A DNA stretch of 64,000 bases from a virus: positions 1-64,000 of IMG/VR virus record IMGVR_UViG_3300023174_000117; one strand, 5' to 3'. A program made the translations under genes and the position numbers. Position 1 is the first letter of the stretch. The number at the start of each line of letters is the position of its first letter. Shown piece by piece: positions 10,389-20,253 of the stretch. The notes under the pieces were generated by a model. That model did no database searches. It saw only the letters and a list, made by a program, of their open reading frames with translations, and was not told where the DNA came from.

Positions 10389-10906
10389 ACTTCCTCCATA
10401 TTTAGAAGTCCTACCGACTCTTGAAATACATCGGTATAAAACTTAAATAAAGAATCTACAAGATTTGATTGCAAATTATTTATAAATTCAAGTCTTTCAG
10501 AGAAGTCTTTGTTATGATTATTTATAAATACATCAAAGTCAATTCCGTTGATCTCGCAGATTGAGAGGGCTATCGTTGAATTTTTAAGATAGAATATTCT
10601 CTCGTCTTCTTTTACTCTTGAAACTTCTGTAATTACAAATTTTTGTTGGCTCGTCGTCAAAGTTGACATCTTAAATGAGAATCCTGAGACGGAAAGAGTT
10701 CTCTCAACTCTACCTAAAAAGATTAGCCTTTCCAAATCATTTTGCTGAGAAGTCATTGGTTGACTAACTCTAGTAGTCTCTTTTGACATTTCTTCATCCT
10801 GTTTCTTTATAGCTTCAGGCGAAAACTTATCACCAAGCTTTGCTCTTGCGTTCATTACATCATTTGCGGTTCTGACCGGCACGGATGGTGGCTTTACCTG
10901 ACTCAT
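10379..10906 (-). CDS. Tail assembly chaperone (gpG-like)
   Basis: 175 aa between the tube and tape measure genes. Ends at the slippery sequence. Confidence 0.7.
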   Translation of the reverse strand: MSQVKPPSVPVRTANDVMNARAKLGDKFSPEAIKKQDEEMSKETTRVSQPMTSQQNDLERLIFLGRVERTLSVSGFSFKMSTLTTSQQKFVITEVSRVKEDERIFYLKNSTIALSICEINGIDFDVFINNHNKDFSERLEFINNLQSNLVDSLFKFYTDVFQESVGLLNMEEVKK

Positions 10907-10940
10907 GAATATACCTCAAGATAATTTATACTCTAAATTT

Positions 10941-10984
10941 AAAAAAAATAAAGCCACCCATCATAATTTTGAGGGGTGGCTTTA
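10941..10984 (-). terminator. Intrinsic terminator after tail tube gene
   Basis: TAAAGCCACCC...GGGTGGCTTTA stem followed by T8 on the minus strand. Confidence 0.75.
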
Positions 10985-11003
10985 AAATTAATTTTATTTT
11001 TTT

Positions 11004-11609
11004 CTAGTATGCTGCGGAGATTAAGCCGGGGAAATCGAGAGAACCTCTTGTCTTACCGCTATCTGCAGCCAATTCAACAGAGTCCTTCTGAACAGGAACC
11101 TGTCTAGAGCCACCAGTGCCCTGGCTTAGTGCAATTGCCTCTCCGCCTCTTATGGTTGAGACGAATTCGCACTTTACGCCAGCATCTTGAGCTATGGTAT
11201 ATTCGTTAGTCTGGTAGGTTGTACTTAAGCTTTCGAACCAGCAGTTATGATAAGTTGTTATTATTGCGTCATTTCCGGTTCCAGTGGTCTGGTCTATAAC
11301 AACTATATCGAAAGGAATTCTTTGTGATTGAAGATTTCTGAAGCCACGGGAAAAAGATTCTGGAAGTGACAAGCCATCAAAATACATTCTATTTATTCTA
11401 ATCGAGGTTTTTGCAGCACTCTGAGGAACTAATTCAACTATACCGTCTGTTCCAATCTCTGTTATTTCTTTTATTGGTCTATTTTGTGTTTCTGCGAAAC
11501 TTTGAATAGCGCCAACAGGCTCATTATTTACCATGATGATAATCTGGGTGGATAATGAAGATCTTGTAGTTGAATCTAGGGTAGAACCCGTTTTAGGATA
11601 AGCTGCCAT
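11004..11609 (-). CDS. Tail tube protein
   Basis: 201 aa directly after the sheath gene. Tube-like motifs VGAIQSF, EIGTDG, PFDIVVID, TYHNCWF. GGAG RBS. Confidence 0.8.
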   Translation of the reverse strand: MAAYPKTGSTLDSTTRSSLSTQIIIMVNNEPVGAIQSFAETQNRPIKEITEIGTDGIVELVPQSAAKTSIRINRMYFDGLSLPESFSRGFRNLQSQRIPFDIVVIDQTTGTGNDAIITTYHNCWFESLSTTYQTNEYTIAQDAGVKCEFVSTIRGGEAIALSQGTGGSRQVPVQKDSVELAADSGKTRGSLDFPGLISAAY

Positions 11610-11638
11610 TTAAGTCTCCGAATAAAATAAAATTATTG

Positions 11639-14600
11639 CTAAATTCCGATTTCTATGTCAATCATAACGTAGTTTATCGGATATGCTGGTGTAAATCTTA
11701 GGTATACGTTCCACTGTCTTGGATCTACCTTATCTTTTTCAACTCTAACATTTTCAAAGTTAGTAATCAAACCCTGACTTACAAGTGACGCCATTATTGT
11801 CTTGACTCTTGCGTTCATTAAGCCTTGTGTATTCTGATCCTCGACAGTTCCGATGAATGGCAGCAAGCTATCTCTTAGAACTTGCTTTACCCTGTCTCTT
11901 ATGAACATTACGGAGATTTCTTCATCCTCGATAAAACCAGACTGACTGGTGGTTCTTCCTGCGAGTACTTTTCCACCGCCAGTGATTGGCTGAACAACTG
12001 TTGCACCGACTGCGCCTAGCTGATCTAGAGTTAGTCTCTTGAACTGTCTATCTCTAGTTATTGCGAATCCAGCCAGCTCTTTGAATGTTAGTGGTATGGC
12101 GACATTCTGGGTGCTGGATGTTAAACCACCAGCGGCCGCAGCCATATAGAATCCATGAACGAAGGTATTGCTTCCATTTATGCTGGTAACTATTCTATCT
12201 GGATAGAAGAACACGGCTCTATTTGAGGTGTAGTTATTTGATAGCTTGTAGTCGGCAAGATCCTCTACGTTTCCTCCTAGGACTTCCTCAGGATCGTCGC
12301 CCTGAACTCCCTCTAGAACTCCAATGTCCTCTACTGCAACTTCCTCTGTACCAATGATGGCTGCTGGAGTTAGACCTTCCTGAGCACCGATAAATGCGAT
12401 TCTCTCCTTTCTGTTTGCAATAGTGCTCATGCTTTCGCAGTGCTTTACTGCAGCTTTGAATATGGAGGAGATAGTCTGGGTTGGTAGAGGTACTAGAATC
12501 TGGAAATCTACAGCCTCTAGAGCTTCTAGAGCCTCAAACCAGTTTGTATCAAAGTGATTTGCATCTTTCTCGTCAATATAGGAAATTCTTAGACCATCGC
12601 CTCTCTTGAGGGCTCCGCTCTCAACAACATCCTTATTTAGAAGAATCATTGCCGATAGGTTTGTAGTATCGGATTCGTCTTTGATGAAGAAATTTACATC
12701 TTGACAATCTGCGACGACAACATCCTGATCTATGTTATTTGCAACTACCGCAACTGTATTGTCATTGATTATTTCTGTTATGACGAGCTCTGCTATATCT
12801 GTGGATGGAACACCGCCAAATACGAAGTTGCTGATATCGGAAATCGAGGTGAAAACAGTTCCGGAAGAATTCTCAACGGACTGTAGGACGATTACCTTTC
12901 CGATGTCTTTGCTTGAGAAGTCGACATCAAGAGACTGGAAATATCCTGTGGATGCAGTTATTGTTGCCCCAACTCCCTGAGCTACAATCTTCGCATCTGT
13001 GTTAACTACAGTATAAGAGAATGCGTAGTCTGGGCTGGTTACGAAACTCTGCTGTCCAACTGGGCTTTCTAGCTGAGAATTGTAGAAACCAACTTTGTTT
13101 GGGAATATCTGAGTCTCAACGCCATTTCTTTTTACGAAGAAGTTTACGTTGGTATCGCCATCAGGTCTGCCGGAGGTGAGACCGGATCTTGGTGCAGGGA
13201 TGACAAAGGATACGTCATCTACTTCGCAAGTGCCAGTTCCGCAGCCTGGATATCCGCCGACCCCGCCCTTAACTTCGCTGAAGAGTGTGACGCTGCTTCT
13301 TCTGGGTACGGATGGCTTGCACTGGATTGCAAAAATTCCTGCTGCTCCGTTCTGGAAAGCTAGCTGGGCGCCAAGGGATAGTGTGTTTGTGACACTTGGA
13401 TCTCCATGCTTGGAGTAAAGTTCCTGAGCGCTTGTGAAGAACTCTGGGTCATTCAAATCCTGTTCGGCAACATATCTAACTTCCAGAGAATCGCCGGCCT
13501 TCAAAACTCTTGATTTTACATCGATAAAGAACTTATCACCAACTTCAAATGGAACAGTACCCTCTTTGACGCCAAATACTAGAACACCATTTGTCTCTAG
13601 AAGGGCGTAAGTTAGACCATCCTCAGCGAGACCAAGAACAGGGTCTGCAGCGGCGGTCATTTCGGGGAAGGCTAAGTCAGGGTTCGAAAGAAGCTGTACA
13701 CGAATTCTTCTGGATGAAGTTACAGCAATAATCTTGTATTTTTGAGCGGAGGTTCCGCTGCAGATAAGAAGAACTTTACCAAGGTCTTTGCTCGTAAAAG
13801 AACCATTTCCATCATCATATGGCTGAGTTGGATCCTGAACGAATAGATTAGTTGCTCTAATCTGCCAGTCAACACCACCAACTGGTACGTCAGTTGGTAG
13901 GGTATCCGTTTGGACGGTTACGGTGGTTTCGTCTGAATCAGAATCATAAGTTATATCTGTTATAACTGCGTTAAACTCAGAGTAACCATCTTGTAGACAG
14001 AAATGATCTCCTACAAGGGCTTGACCCTGGGTAATTAGATCTCCTGAGAAGCTGTACTGAGCGGTGGTTCCTGTGGTTACATCTCCTGTTACAGAAACTG
14101 GGAAGGCTAGGCCAAAATCAACGCCGTTTTCCGCAACAATAAAGCCGTCAGAGCATGCGGTTGAGTTGCCAGATACTGCCCCATCAGTTCCAGTGAAGTA
14201 GGTTCCGTGGAAAAGGAATGGCTGACCGCTTGAATCTTTGAGCTGTCCAGAGACTGAGCCAGAAACCGTAAATGTCGATAGACCTGGTATTGGATTTCCG
14301 GAAGAGTCTCTTGTTACTGAGACGCAGCGAACTGTCCATCTCTCTGGAGGTGTATTTGTATCTAGTATAGAGATTAGATCAAAATCACCGCAAGTTCCGT
14401 CGGCGATAAAACCATTACCAACATTTAGAGAGCTTGCAGAATAATTCTTGCCATTCTGGTCTCCGATGCTGGCACCCTGAAGTTCCAAGCATCCTGTGGT
14501 TAGATCGAGTCTAAAGTCGTACTTTCCTTCGAAGGAAGATTCATCGACAGATTGCTCCAAGCCATATAGAGCTGTTCCATTTAGATAGACTTCGGTTCTT

Positions 14601-14848
14601 CCAGATACTACTGGGAATGTGGAAAGTGAGAAATACTTTCCGTCACCAGTTCCGGTGGGGCTGCAGGAAGCAGATCCGTCAAGCCCATTACCTACCGCAG
14701 AATCTACAAGAATTTCTCTCTTCAAGCCTTCGCCCATTACACAAAGAAGCCTTAGGCCACCTGGAATGGAAACGGCTCTAGAAACAACTCTGTCTCTGGC
14801 AAAGGTGCCCGGTTGGGTATATCCACTTATACCTGGAATATTTGCCAT
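11639..14848 (-). CDS. Contractile tail sheath protein with large insertions
   Basis: 1069 aa. N-terminal YTQPG. C-terminal sheath core (HCESMS..RKERIA; EISVMFIRDRVKQ...V.LRFTPAYPINYV.IDI). GGAGG RBS. Confidence 0.9.
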   Translation of the reverse strand: MANIPGISGYTQPGTFARDRVVSRAVSIPGGLRLLCVMGEGLKREILVDSAVGNGLDGSASCSPTGTGDGKYFSLSTFPVVSGRTEVYLNGTALYGLEQSVDESSFEGKYDFRLDLTTGCLELQGASIGDQNGKNYSASSLNVGNGFIADGTCGDFDLISILDTNTPPERWTVRCVSVTRDSSGNPIPGLSTFTVSGSVSGQLKDSSGQPFLFHGTYFTGTDGAVSGNSTACSDGFIVAENGVDFGLAFPVSVTGDVTTGTTAQYSFSGDLITQGQALVGDHFCLQDGYSEFNAVITDITYDSDSDETTVTVQTDTLPTDVPVGGVDWQIRATNLFVQDPTQPYDDGNGSFTSKDLGKVLLICSGTSAQKYKIIAVTSSRRIRVQLLSNPDLAFPEMTAAADPVLGLAEDGLTYALLETNGVLVFGVKEGTVPFEVGDKFFIDVKSRVLKAGDSLEVRYVAEQDLNDPEFFTSAQELYSKHGDPSVTNTLSLGAQLAFQNGAAGIFAIQCKPSVPRRSSVTLFSEVKGGVGGYPGCGTGTCEVDDVSFVIPAPRSGLTSGRPDGDTNVNFFVKRNGVETQIFPNKVGFYNSQLESPVGQQSFVTSPDYAFSYTVVNTDAKIVAQGVGATITASTGYFQSLDVDFSSKDIGKVIVLQSVENSSGTVFTSISDISNFVFGGVPSTDIAELVITEIINDNTVAVVANNIDQDVVVADCQDVNFFIKDESDTTNLSAMILLNKDVVESGALKRGDGLRISYIDEKDANHFDTNWFEALEALEAVDFQILVPLPTQTISSIFKAAVKHCESMSTIANRKERIAFIGAQEGLTPAAIIGTEEVAVEDIGVLEGVQGDDPEEVLGGNVEDLADYKLSNNYTSNRAVFFYPDRIVTSINGSNTFVHGFYMAAAAGGLTSSTQNVAIPLTFKELAGFAITRDRQFKRLTLDQLGAVGATVVQPITGGGKVLAGRTTSQSGFIEDEEISVMFIRDRVKQVLRDSLLPFIGTVEDQNTQGLMNARVKTIMASLVSQGLITNFENVRVEKDKVDPRQWNVYLRFTPAYPINYVMIDIEIGI

Positions 14849-14889
14849 TATAAAACCTCCGAAAAAAATAAATTACACTTCTATTTTAT

Positions 14890-14898
14890 TATTAGTAG
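14890..14898 (-). promoter_or_regulatory. Putative late promoter motif CTACTAATA
   Basis: About 42 nt upstream of the sheath ATG. One of about 10 TRYTAATA copies found upstream of structural genes. Confidence 0.5.
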
Positions 14899-14900
14899 TA

Positions 14901-15710
14901 TTATATCTTAGTTAGACTTAATAAATCATCATATCTTAATATTGTAGAGTTTGCGGTATTTCCTTCAAATGGCGAAGATGTGAGATTAGAATCGATATTG
15001 AAAAGTATTTTCTCTACGACATTTTCTATTGGAATTTCAACTCTCCACTCTGATAGAGTTTTGATTGTTATACTCTGAGTGTATACATAATCATTAGCAT
15101 ATGGCTCGGCATTTTCAGAGCCAATATTTAAAGAACTTATAAATAATCCGGATGCTCTTAGGTCGTTCCAAAGAACATGTTGCAATGCAATTGATGTTAT
15201 ATCCACTATTTCTTGCAGCTCGGTATAACTTTCCGAATATATTGCGACATCAAAACCAAGATCCCATCTTCCCGTATAAATTTTATGAGTTGGAACTGAA
15301 ATTGGTCTGCGACCGCCGAAAGAGTCTTCTATATAATCCCTTCTATATTTGTATGTCCCATCTTGATTAAACGATGTTGGTTTATAAGCACCACCGGTAT
15401 GCTTTATTATAATCGCTGGGAAGAATTTTACATCATACCTATAAACATCGCTAATTAAAATTTTTGTAGTATCTGTCGTTTCGAGATCTTTTCCAGTTAA
15501 ATCAACCGTCAGTGGGAAGCCGTACTCATCAGATCTGTAAGTATAAACCGAATCTTTTCTGAAGAGATCTCGGAGATACTGAATGAGCAAGTTCTTTGGT
15601 TGTACGACTGCAACTTGCTGAATAATATTATTTTCAGCAAAGAAATCTGAAAAAACCCTGTGGTCACCGTTAATTCCGGTTCCCGGTAAAGCTTGCTCGT
15701 TAATCGGCAT
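14901..15710 (-). CDS. Tail terminator / tail completion protein
   Basis: 269 aa immediately upstream of the sheath gene. FFPAIII...FDVAIYSES pattern typical of the terminator fold. Confidence 0.5.
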   Translation of the reverse strand: MPINEQALPGTGINGDHRVFSDFFAENNIIQQVAVVQPKNLLIQYLRDLFRKDSVYTYRSDEYGFPLTVDLTGKDLETTDTTKILISDVYRYDVKFFPAIIIKHTGGAYKPTSFNQDGTYKYRRDYIEDSFGGRRPISVPTHKIYTGRWDLGFDVAIYSESYTELQEIVDITSIALQHVLWNDLRASGLFISSLNIGSENAEPYANDYVYTQSITIKTLSEWRVEIPIENVVEKILFNIDSNLTSSPFEGNTANSTILRYDDLLSLTKI

Positions 15711-16065
15711 CTTTTTTTGTTTCTTTCTTCTCTCTCATATGGATTGGTATATAACTAAACTTTTCAATATTGATTGCCTGCTCACAGAAGTTTTTTATTT
15801 CCATAATAAGCTTATCAACTTTTGATTTGTCAAATAAATCTGAATTATTAATAGTAATTGTCTTTCGATAGGACAATTCTATTTTAATTTCTCCTGAGTC
15901 AACTTTGCTTAAATCTGAGGCGACAATCTCCATGGAATTATTGTCTTCTATTAGATTTATTTTCTTCTCTATTTTGTTACTTATAAAATCTGATATTTTC
16001 TTATTTATATCATAAAAGATTCCGGATCTTTCTTCTTTTTTCTGACTGAATCTTATGTTAATCAT
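15700..16065 (-). CDS. Hypothetical protein
   Basis: 121 aa, overlaps both neighbours in the operon. Confidence 0.55.
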   Translation of the reverse strand: MINIRFSQKKEERSGIFYDINKKISDFISNKIEKKINLIEDNNSMEIVASDLSKVDSGEIKIELSYRKTITINNSDLFDKSKVDKLIMEIKNFCEQAINIEKFSYIPIHMREKKETKKDAD

Positions 16066-16658
16066 TATTTAAGCTCAAACTCCTTCATTCCATTCAATAG
16101 TGTGAACTGCCTATTTATTGGTTTTATTCCACTTATCAATATTTCGGAATTATATTGACCGGCTGGAAGTCTGCATTCCCAATATCCATCTTTATCAGTA
16201 CTTATATTTTTTATAAGATCATTATCTTTATCAAAGACTCTGATGGTTGCATTTGTTACCGGCTTCATTGATGTAGTTTTTATATATCCAAAAAGCTTTA
16301 TATTTCCCAACACTATTTTTTTGATTTGTGGCTCTGCCGTCTCCTTCTTTTCTAGTTGGCCATCCTTCCTGTAAACCTTTGGTAACTCATCCGGAGATTC
16401 TGCCCTGGGCATTAGCAATTTTTTTTCAGGATCCTTGCCCTGTTGCTCTTGGTTGAGGGTCAAAGATTTTTGCGCCTGCTCCTGAACGGAAGAACTCCTA
16501 TCTGCAGTATTTTGCCCTTGACCGCTCGATAATTTCAAAACTTTGTTATTTAAAATTTTTACATTGTTATCAATAACATCGATTTTTGATTCTAATTTCT
16601 TTAATAAAGCCGGAAGAGAATAAATTATATCTAACGCAGATTTTTCATCTTCAGTCAT
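16065..16658 (-). CDS. Coiled-coil protein with C-terminal carboxypeptidase-regulatory/CnaB-like beta-sandwich
   Basis: C-terminal PVTNATIRVFD...STDKDGYWECRLPAGQY motif. Confidence 0.5.
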   Translation of the reverse strand: MTEDEKSALDIIYSLPALLKKLESKIDVIDNNVKILNNKVLKLSSGQGQNTADRSSSVQEQAQKSLTLNQEQQGKDPEKKLLMPRAESPDELPKVYRKDGQLEKKETAEPQIKKIVLGNIKLFGYIKTTSMKPVTNATIRVFDKDNDLIKNISTDKDGYWECRLPAGQYNSEILISGIKPINRQFTLLNGMKEFELK

Positions 16659-16665
16659 GCTATTC

Positions 16666-19600
16666 CTAGATTGTTATGGCATTGGAACTTTCAATTAGAT
16701 TCGAGACGGTTACATATGATGTGTAATTGTCGTAAATCATCTTTGGTGACGGAATATAGCCATCTGGGGCAGAATTAACAGAAATATTATTTGTTGCTAT
16801 AATATTTTGAACGGTTGAATTACTTGAGGCGCCCTGATCCACCACAACCTTTATTATACCATCTTCGGATCCCATGTAGTTAAAATAGCATCCCGTCATT
16901 ATTATATTTCCAAATATAACGTCGGTTGGAAAGCTTCCTGCCGTTGAATGGGTTGCAACTATAGGATTTTCAAATACAGGTGTTCCTGCCGGATTTGCGC
17001 TAAAATCTTGAGGGCCTTCGAAATAAATATTCTCAAATCTAAAATATGGGTTATTTCCATCAGAGCCCAGATCTTGTGTTATACAGAATACAGGAGCAGT
17101 TCCTGAGAAAGAATCATTGGTCTTATAAGAGATGTCTTTAAACATAACTCCTCTTATGATTCTGTCGCTAGAGCTGGCCTCGCCACCACCAATGATGAAT
17201 ATTGATTTCATGACATCAAAATTTGTAGATGTACTATATGGAGTTCCAATGGAGAGAGCATCACCCCTCTTTACAAGGCTTGTTGTTCCAGATCCAGCGA
17301 CGGTTAGGTCAAAATCAATCAAAATTGGCGAATTTACTTCGTATTCACCTTCTCTTATTACAACTTTTGGAGAGTAATAAGAGATATTTGGGAAGATTCT
17401 CGAATAAAAACCAGCATATTTTATTGCCGATTCTATATCTGTAAAGTGCGAATCTGATTGATTATTGGAAACAATAATTTCTTTAGAAATTTTGGAATCA
17501 ATATTGTTGACGAAATATCTTAAATCATAGACCTCTTCTCCATTAATGGATGGGACATATATCGATTCGACATTTCGAATGTAAGCGAGGAAAGCTACGG
17601 ATTGATTTTTATACGAAGAATAAGATTCTGAGATTTCATCCCTAACATCTAAACAACCAAACCTATCAATTGCGACATAGAAGTTTGTAAGCGTATAGTG
17701 CTTGAAGGATTCTATTCCTGAGAAAATATATCTAATTCCATTTACGATTGCAATTCCTGCAGAAACCCCGAAAGAGACATAATCTCCGCCGGCATCAGTG
17801 CCTCTGGTAATTCCCGCTACAGAGCATCCTGTAACAATACCAGAGCTTCTCAATTCATTTCTTGGACCTTCTATATACTTTTCGATAAAATTTGGAGAAA
17901 TTTGATTTACGTCTATATTCCCAAAGGTTCTTTTGTCTATTAGGTTTGGAACACCAACTGAAGTTGGGAAACCGAAAACTCTACCTAGTGAGTTTCCAAA
18001 GATTGAGCGAGATAGATGATAAACATCTTTTTTGTGTTCTTGTTTTCCATATATAATGCATGAGAGATTTGTTACAGGGAGTGATGTGTAATTAACTCTA
18101 ATGGTTAGATAATTTGTTCTATCTGGTGATGGAATATTAAAAATACCGTTTGAGGTTACAGTTACTTTTTCACCATCAATTAAGTTTGAATCAGTTATAA
18201 ACGCATCACCATTAGTATCTATAGTTAATGTGGCAAAATCATCAATCAAATATCCTGATGATATATCGACAATTGATGCAAAAACTGAAGATGATGATAT
18301 TGGCGATGATATTTCTGCTCTCTTATTAAAGAAGACAAAACCGTTTATATCCATTAAAGAGTCGACCATCGAAAAGCCTGAAGTTTCAGAGACTTCTTCG
18401 AAGTTTAATGTATATAATGGAATTGAATTCTTAAAGATATATATTATCGATGTTTCACTCAAACTTCCGGAAAATGTAAAAGATGTTAAGTCAAGATCTA
18501 TATTCTGGGCATCGACATTTAATATTCTGAATGCACCATCATCATTAGAATCAGTGGAGCCGGAGACAACGACAGTATCTCCTACTGCAACGCCATAAGA
18601 AAGAAATGTTCCAGAATTAAGAGAAATTCTTTGGGAAGAAGGGTTCAGATAAGCTGTTGTATTATCGAAGGATAATATTTTGTAAAAATCCTTGAGGAGA
18701 TTTCCATTTAGGAGGACTGGATTACCACTTGCACCATAATATGTTATATCCAATCTTGATGAAAAACCTAGTGAGGTAGTTCCATCGGAATCAGATGCTG
18801 CCGAAATCTTTATAGATCTTTGCTTTATATCTCCAGCTAAATCCGGAACAACGTGGGTCAAGGCCAGCTCATAACAAGAGGCTCTTCTAACCTTATATGC
18901 CATAACTGGAAATTTATTCTCAACAAATTGGGTGTTTATTTTATATACAACCGAATCTATGTTCTGAGAATCTTCCGATAAGGTTGAGTCAAACGTTTCA
19001 AAATCTTGCTCAAGCTCTCCATCGACAAGTATCTTGACTTTGTTATTTAGCGCAGTAATGTTTGAACTATCAAAGCCAAAACTTATAACAGAGGCTGCAT
19101 TTGGATGGGCAACCACTATATCTGGTGTATTTGTATAATTAAATCTTGGTCGAATGGTTGTATTTAGACCGTTGAAATTATTATTCTCATAGGAATTTTT
19201 AAAGACAGATATTATTGCAGTGCCAGATGAATCAGTCTTTATTTGCGCAAAAATACTGATTGTTGATATATTCGAGCCATCCATTTCGAACGATTCTATA
19301 TAATATTCTCCGTCATCTGCGGCATTTGGCGTTCCAGTTAGTCGCACCAAATCAAATTTTGATATACTTTGTATAGGTAAAGTTGGAGTGGAGAGAGTGA
19401 GTTTAGTTACTGATGTAGATGAAATTGAGTAAATAACATCAATTGCAGATATGATGACTAAATTTTTATCATTTCCTTCAAATAGGGACTTTTTTCTACC
19501 AAATCTTATTTGGGCGTTTGAGTTTAGATAAGAAAAGTTATCTCTAATTGATTCGGAATTTAAGGATGCAATATCTTCTATTGCATTCTGCACATCAGAT

Positions 19601-20253
19601 GAGGATGTCAAATCTGATATTGGCTGGCTATTAAAATATATTTGCGATGCAAGGTGCGAATTATTCGTGGAGGATATTGATGCCCCAGAATAATTTATGT
19701 GCTTGGAATATAGATTCTCTGCGAATGTTTGCAGGCTAGACTGTTCAAAGCTTGTTGTTGCCAAATCTGAGCTAGACTGTGTATATGATTCAACAAGGAT
19801 GGATTTTGCATAATGCCTTCCTGTGGCATTTGGATTGATATGCGCAGAAAATAAAATATTCAGCTCATCAATCTTTAATACTATTCCGTCAATCAGGGAG
19901 CTTATTGTTGATATCTGTGATTGAAGAACGTTTGTTGGGAAATTTAATTTTAATTTGGATTCTGAAATTGAAGCAGATTGCGATATGTTATCATCAACAA
20001 TTGGTCCATATATAACATTTGCCTTATCGAGTGCTTCTTTCGATAGGTTCCCCGAAGAGTCGAGTGAGTTTGAGATTCTATCCCCGACAGTTAGCCCTAC
20101 GGCACCCTGAGGATTTACACCCAAGGTCTTCTCAATCTGTATTATTGCAGAGCGTAGAGAATTGAAAAATTCCGACGATATTTCCGTTATACCGTCACGA
20201 ACCACTGGAATTTCAGCAGACGTATCTACTTGATTTGGATATTTTGACTTCAT
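16666..20253 (-). CDS. Virion fibre/tailspike-like protein, paralog 2
   Basis: 1195 aa. N-terminus nearly identical to the upstream gene (SKYPNQVDTSAE...RSAIIQIEKTLG.NPQG). C-terminal parallel beta-helix signature (FTDIESAI...IREGEY...GSG). Confidence 0.6.
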   Translation of the reverse strand: MKSKYPNQVDTSAEIPVVRDGITEISSEFFNSLRSAIIQIEKTLGVNPQGAVGLTVGDRISNSLDSSGNLSKEALDKANVIYGPIVDDNISQSASISESKLKLNFPTNVLQSQISTISSLIDGIVLKIDELNILFSAHINPNATGRHYAKSILVESYTQSSSDLATTSFEQSSLQTFAENLYSKHINYSGASISSTNNSHLASQIYFNSQPISDLTSSSDVQNAIEDIASLNSESIRDNFSYLNSNAQIRFGRKKSLFEGNDKNLVIISAIDVIYSISSTSVTKLTLSTPTLPIQSISKFDLVRLTGTPNAADDGEYYIESFEMDGSNISTISIFAQIKTDSSGTAIISVFKNSYENNNFNGLNTTIRPRFNYTNTPDIVVAHPNAASVISFGFDSSNITALNNKVKILVDGELEQDFETFDSTLSEDSQNIDSVVYKINTQFVENKFPVMAYKVRRASCYELALTHVVPDLAGDIKQRSIKISAASDSDGTTSLGFSSRLDITYYGASGNPVLLNGNLLKDFYKILSFDNTTAYLNPSSQRISLNSGTFLSYGVAVGDTVVVSGSTDSNDDGAFRILNVDAQNIDLDLTSFTFSGSLSETSIIYIFKNSIPLYTLNFEEVSETSGFSMVDSLMDINGFVFFNKRAEISSPISSSSVFASIVDISSGYLIDDFATLTIDTNGDAFITDSNLIDGEKVTVTSNGIFNIPSPDRTNYLTIRVNYTSLPVTNLSCIIYGKQEHKKDVYHLSRSIFGNSLGRVFGFPTSVGVPNLIDKRTFGNIDVNQISPNFIEKYIEGPRNELRSSGIVTGCSVAGITRGTDAGGDYVSFGVSAGIAIVNGIRYIFSGIESFKHYTLTNFYVAIDRFGCLDVRDEISESYSSYKNQSVAFLAYIRNVESIYVPSINGEEVYDLRYFVNNIDSKISKEIIVSNNQSDSHFTDIESAIKYAGFYSRIFPNISYYSPKVVIREGEYEVNSPILIDFDLTVAGSGTTSLVKRGDALSIGTPYSTSTNFDVMKSIFIIGGGEASSSDRIIRGVMFKDISYKTNDSFSGTAPVFCITQDLGSDGNNPYFRFENIYFEGPQDFSANPAGTPVFENPIVATHSTAGSFPTDVIFGNIIMTGCYFNYMGSEDGIIKVVVDQGASSNSTVQNIIATNNISVNSAPDGYIPSPKMIYDNYTSYVTVSNLIESSNAITI

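Noticed and set aside
5-15710. Extracellular contractile injection system or tailocin
   Set aside because: Capsid, portal, terminase, protease and replication genes are contiguous with the tail genes, so this is a phage.
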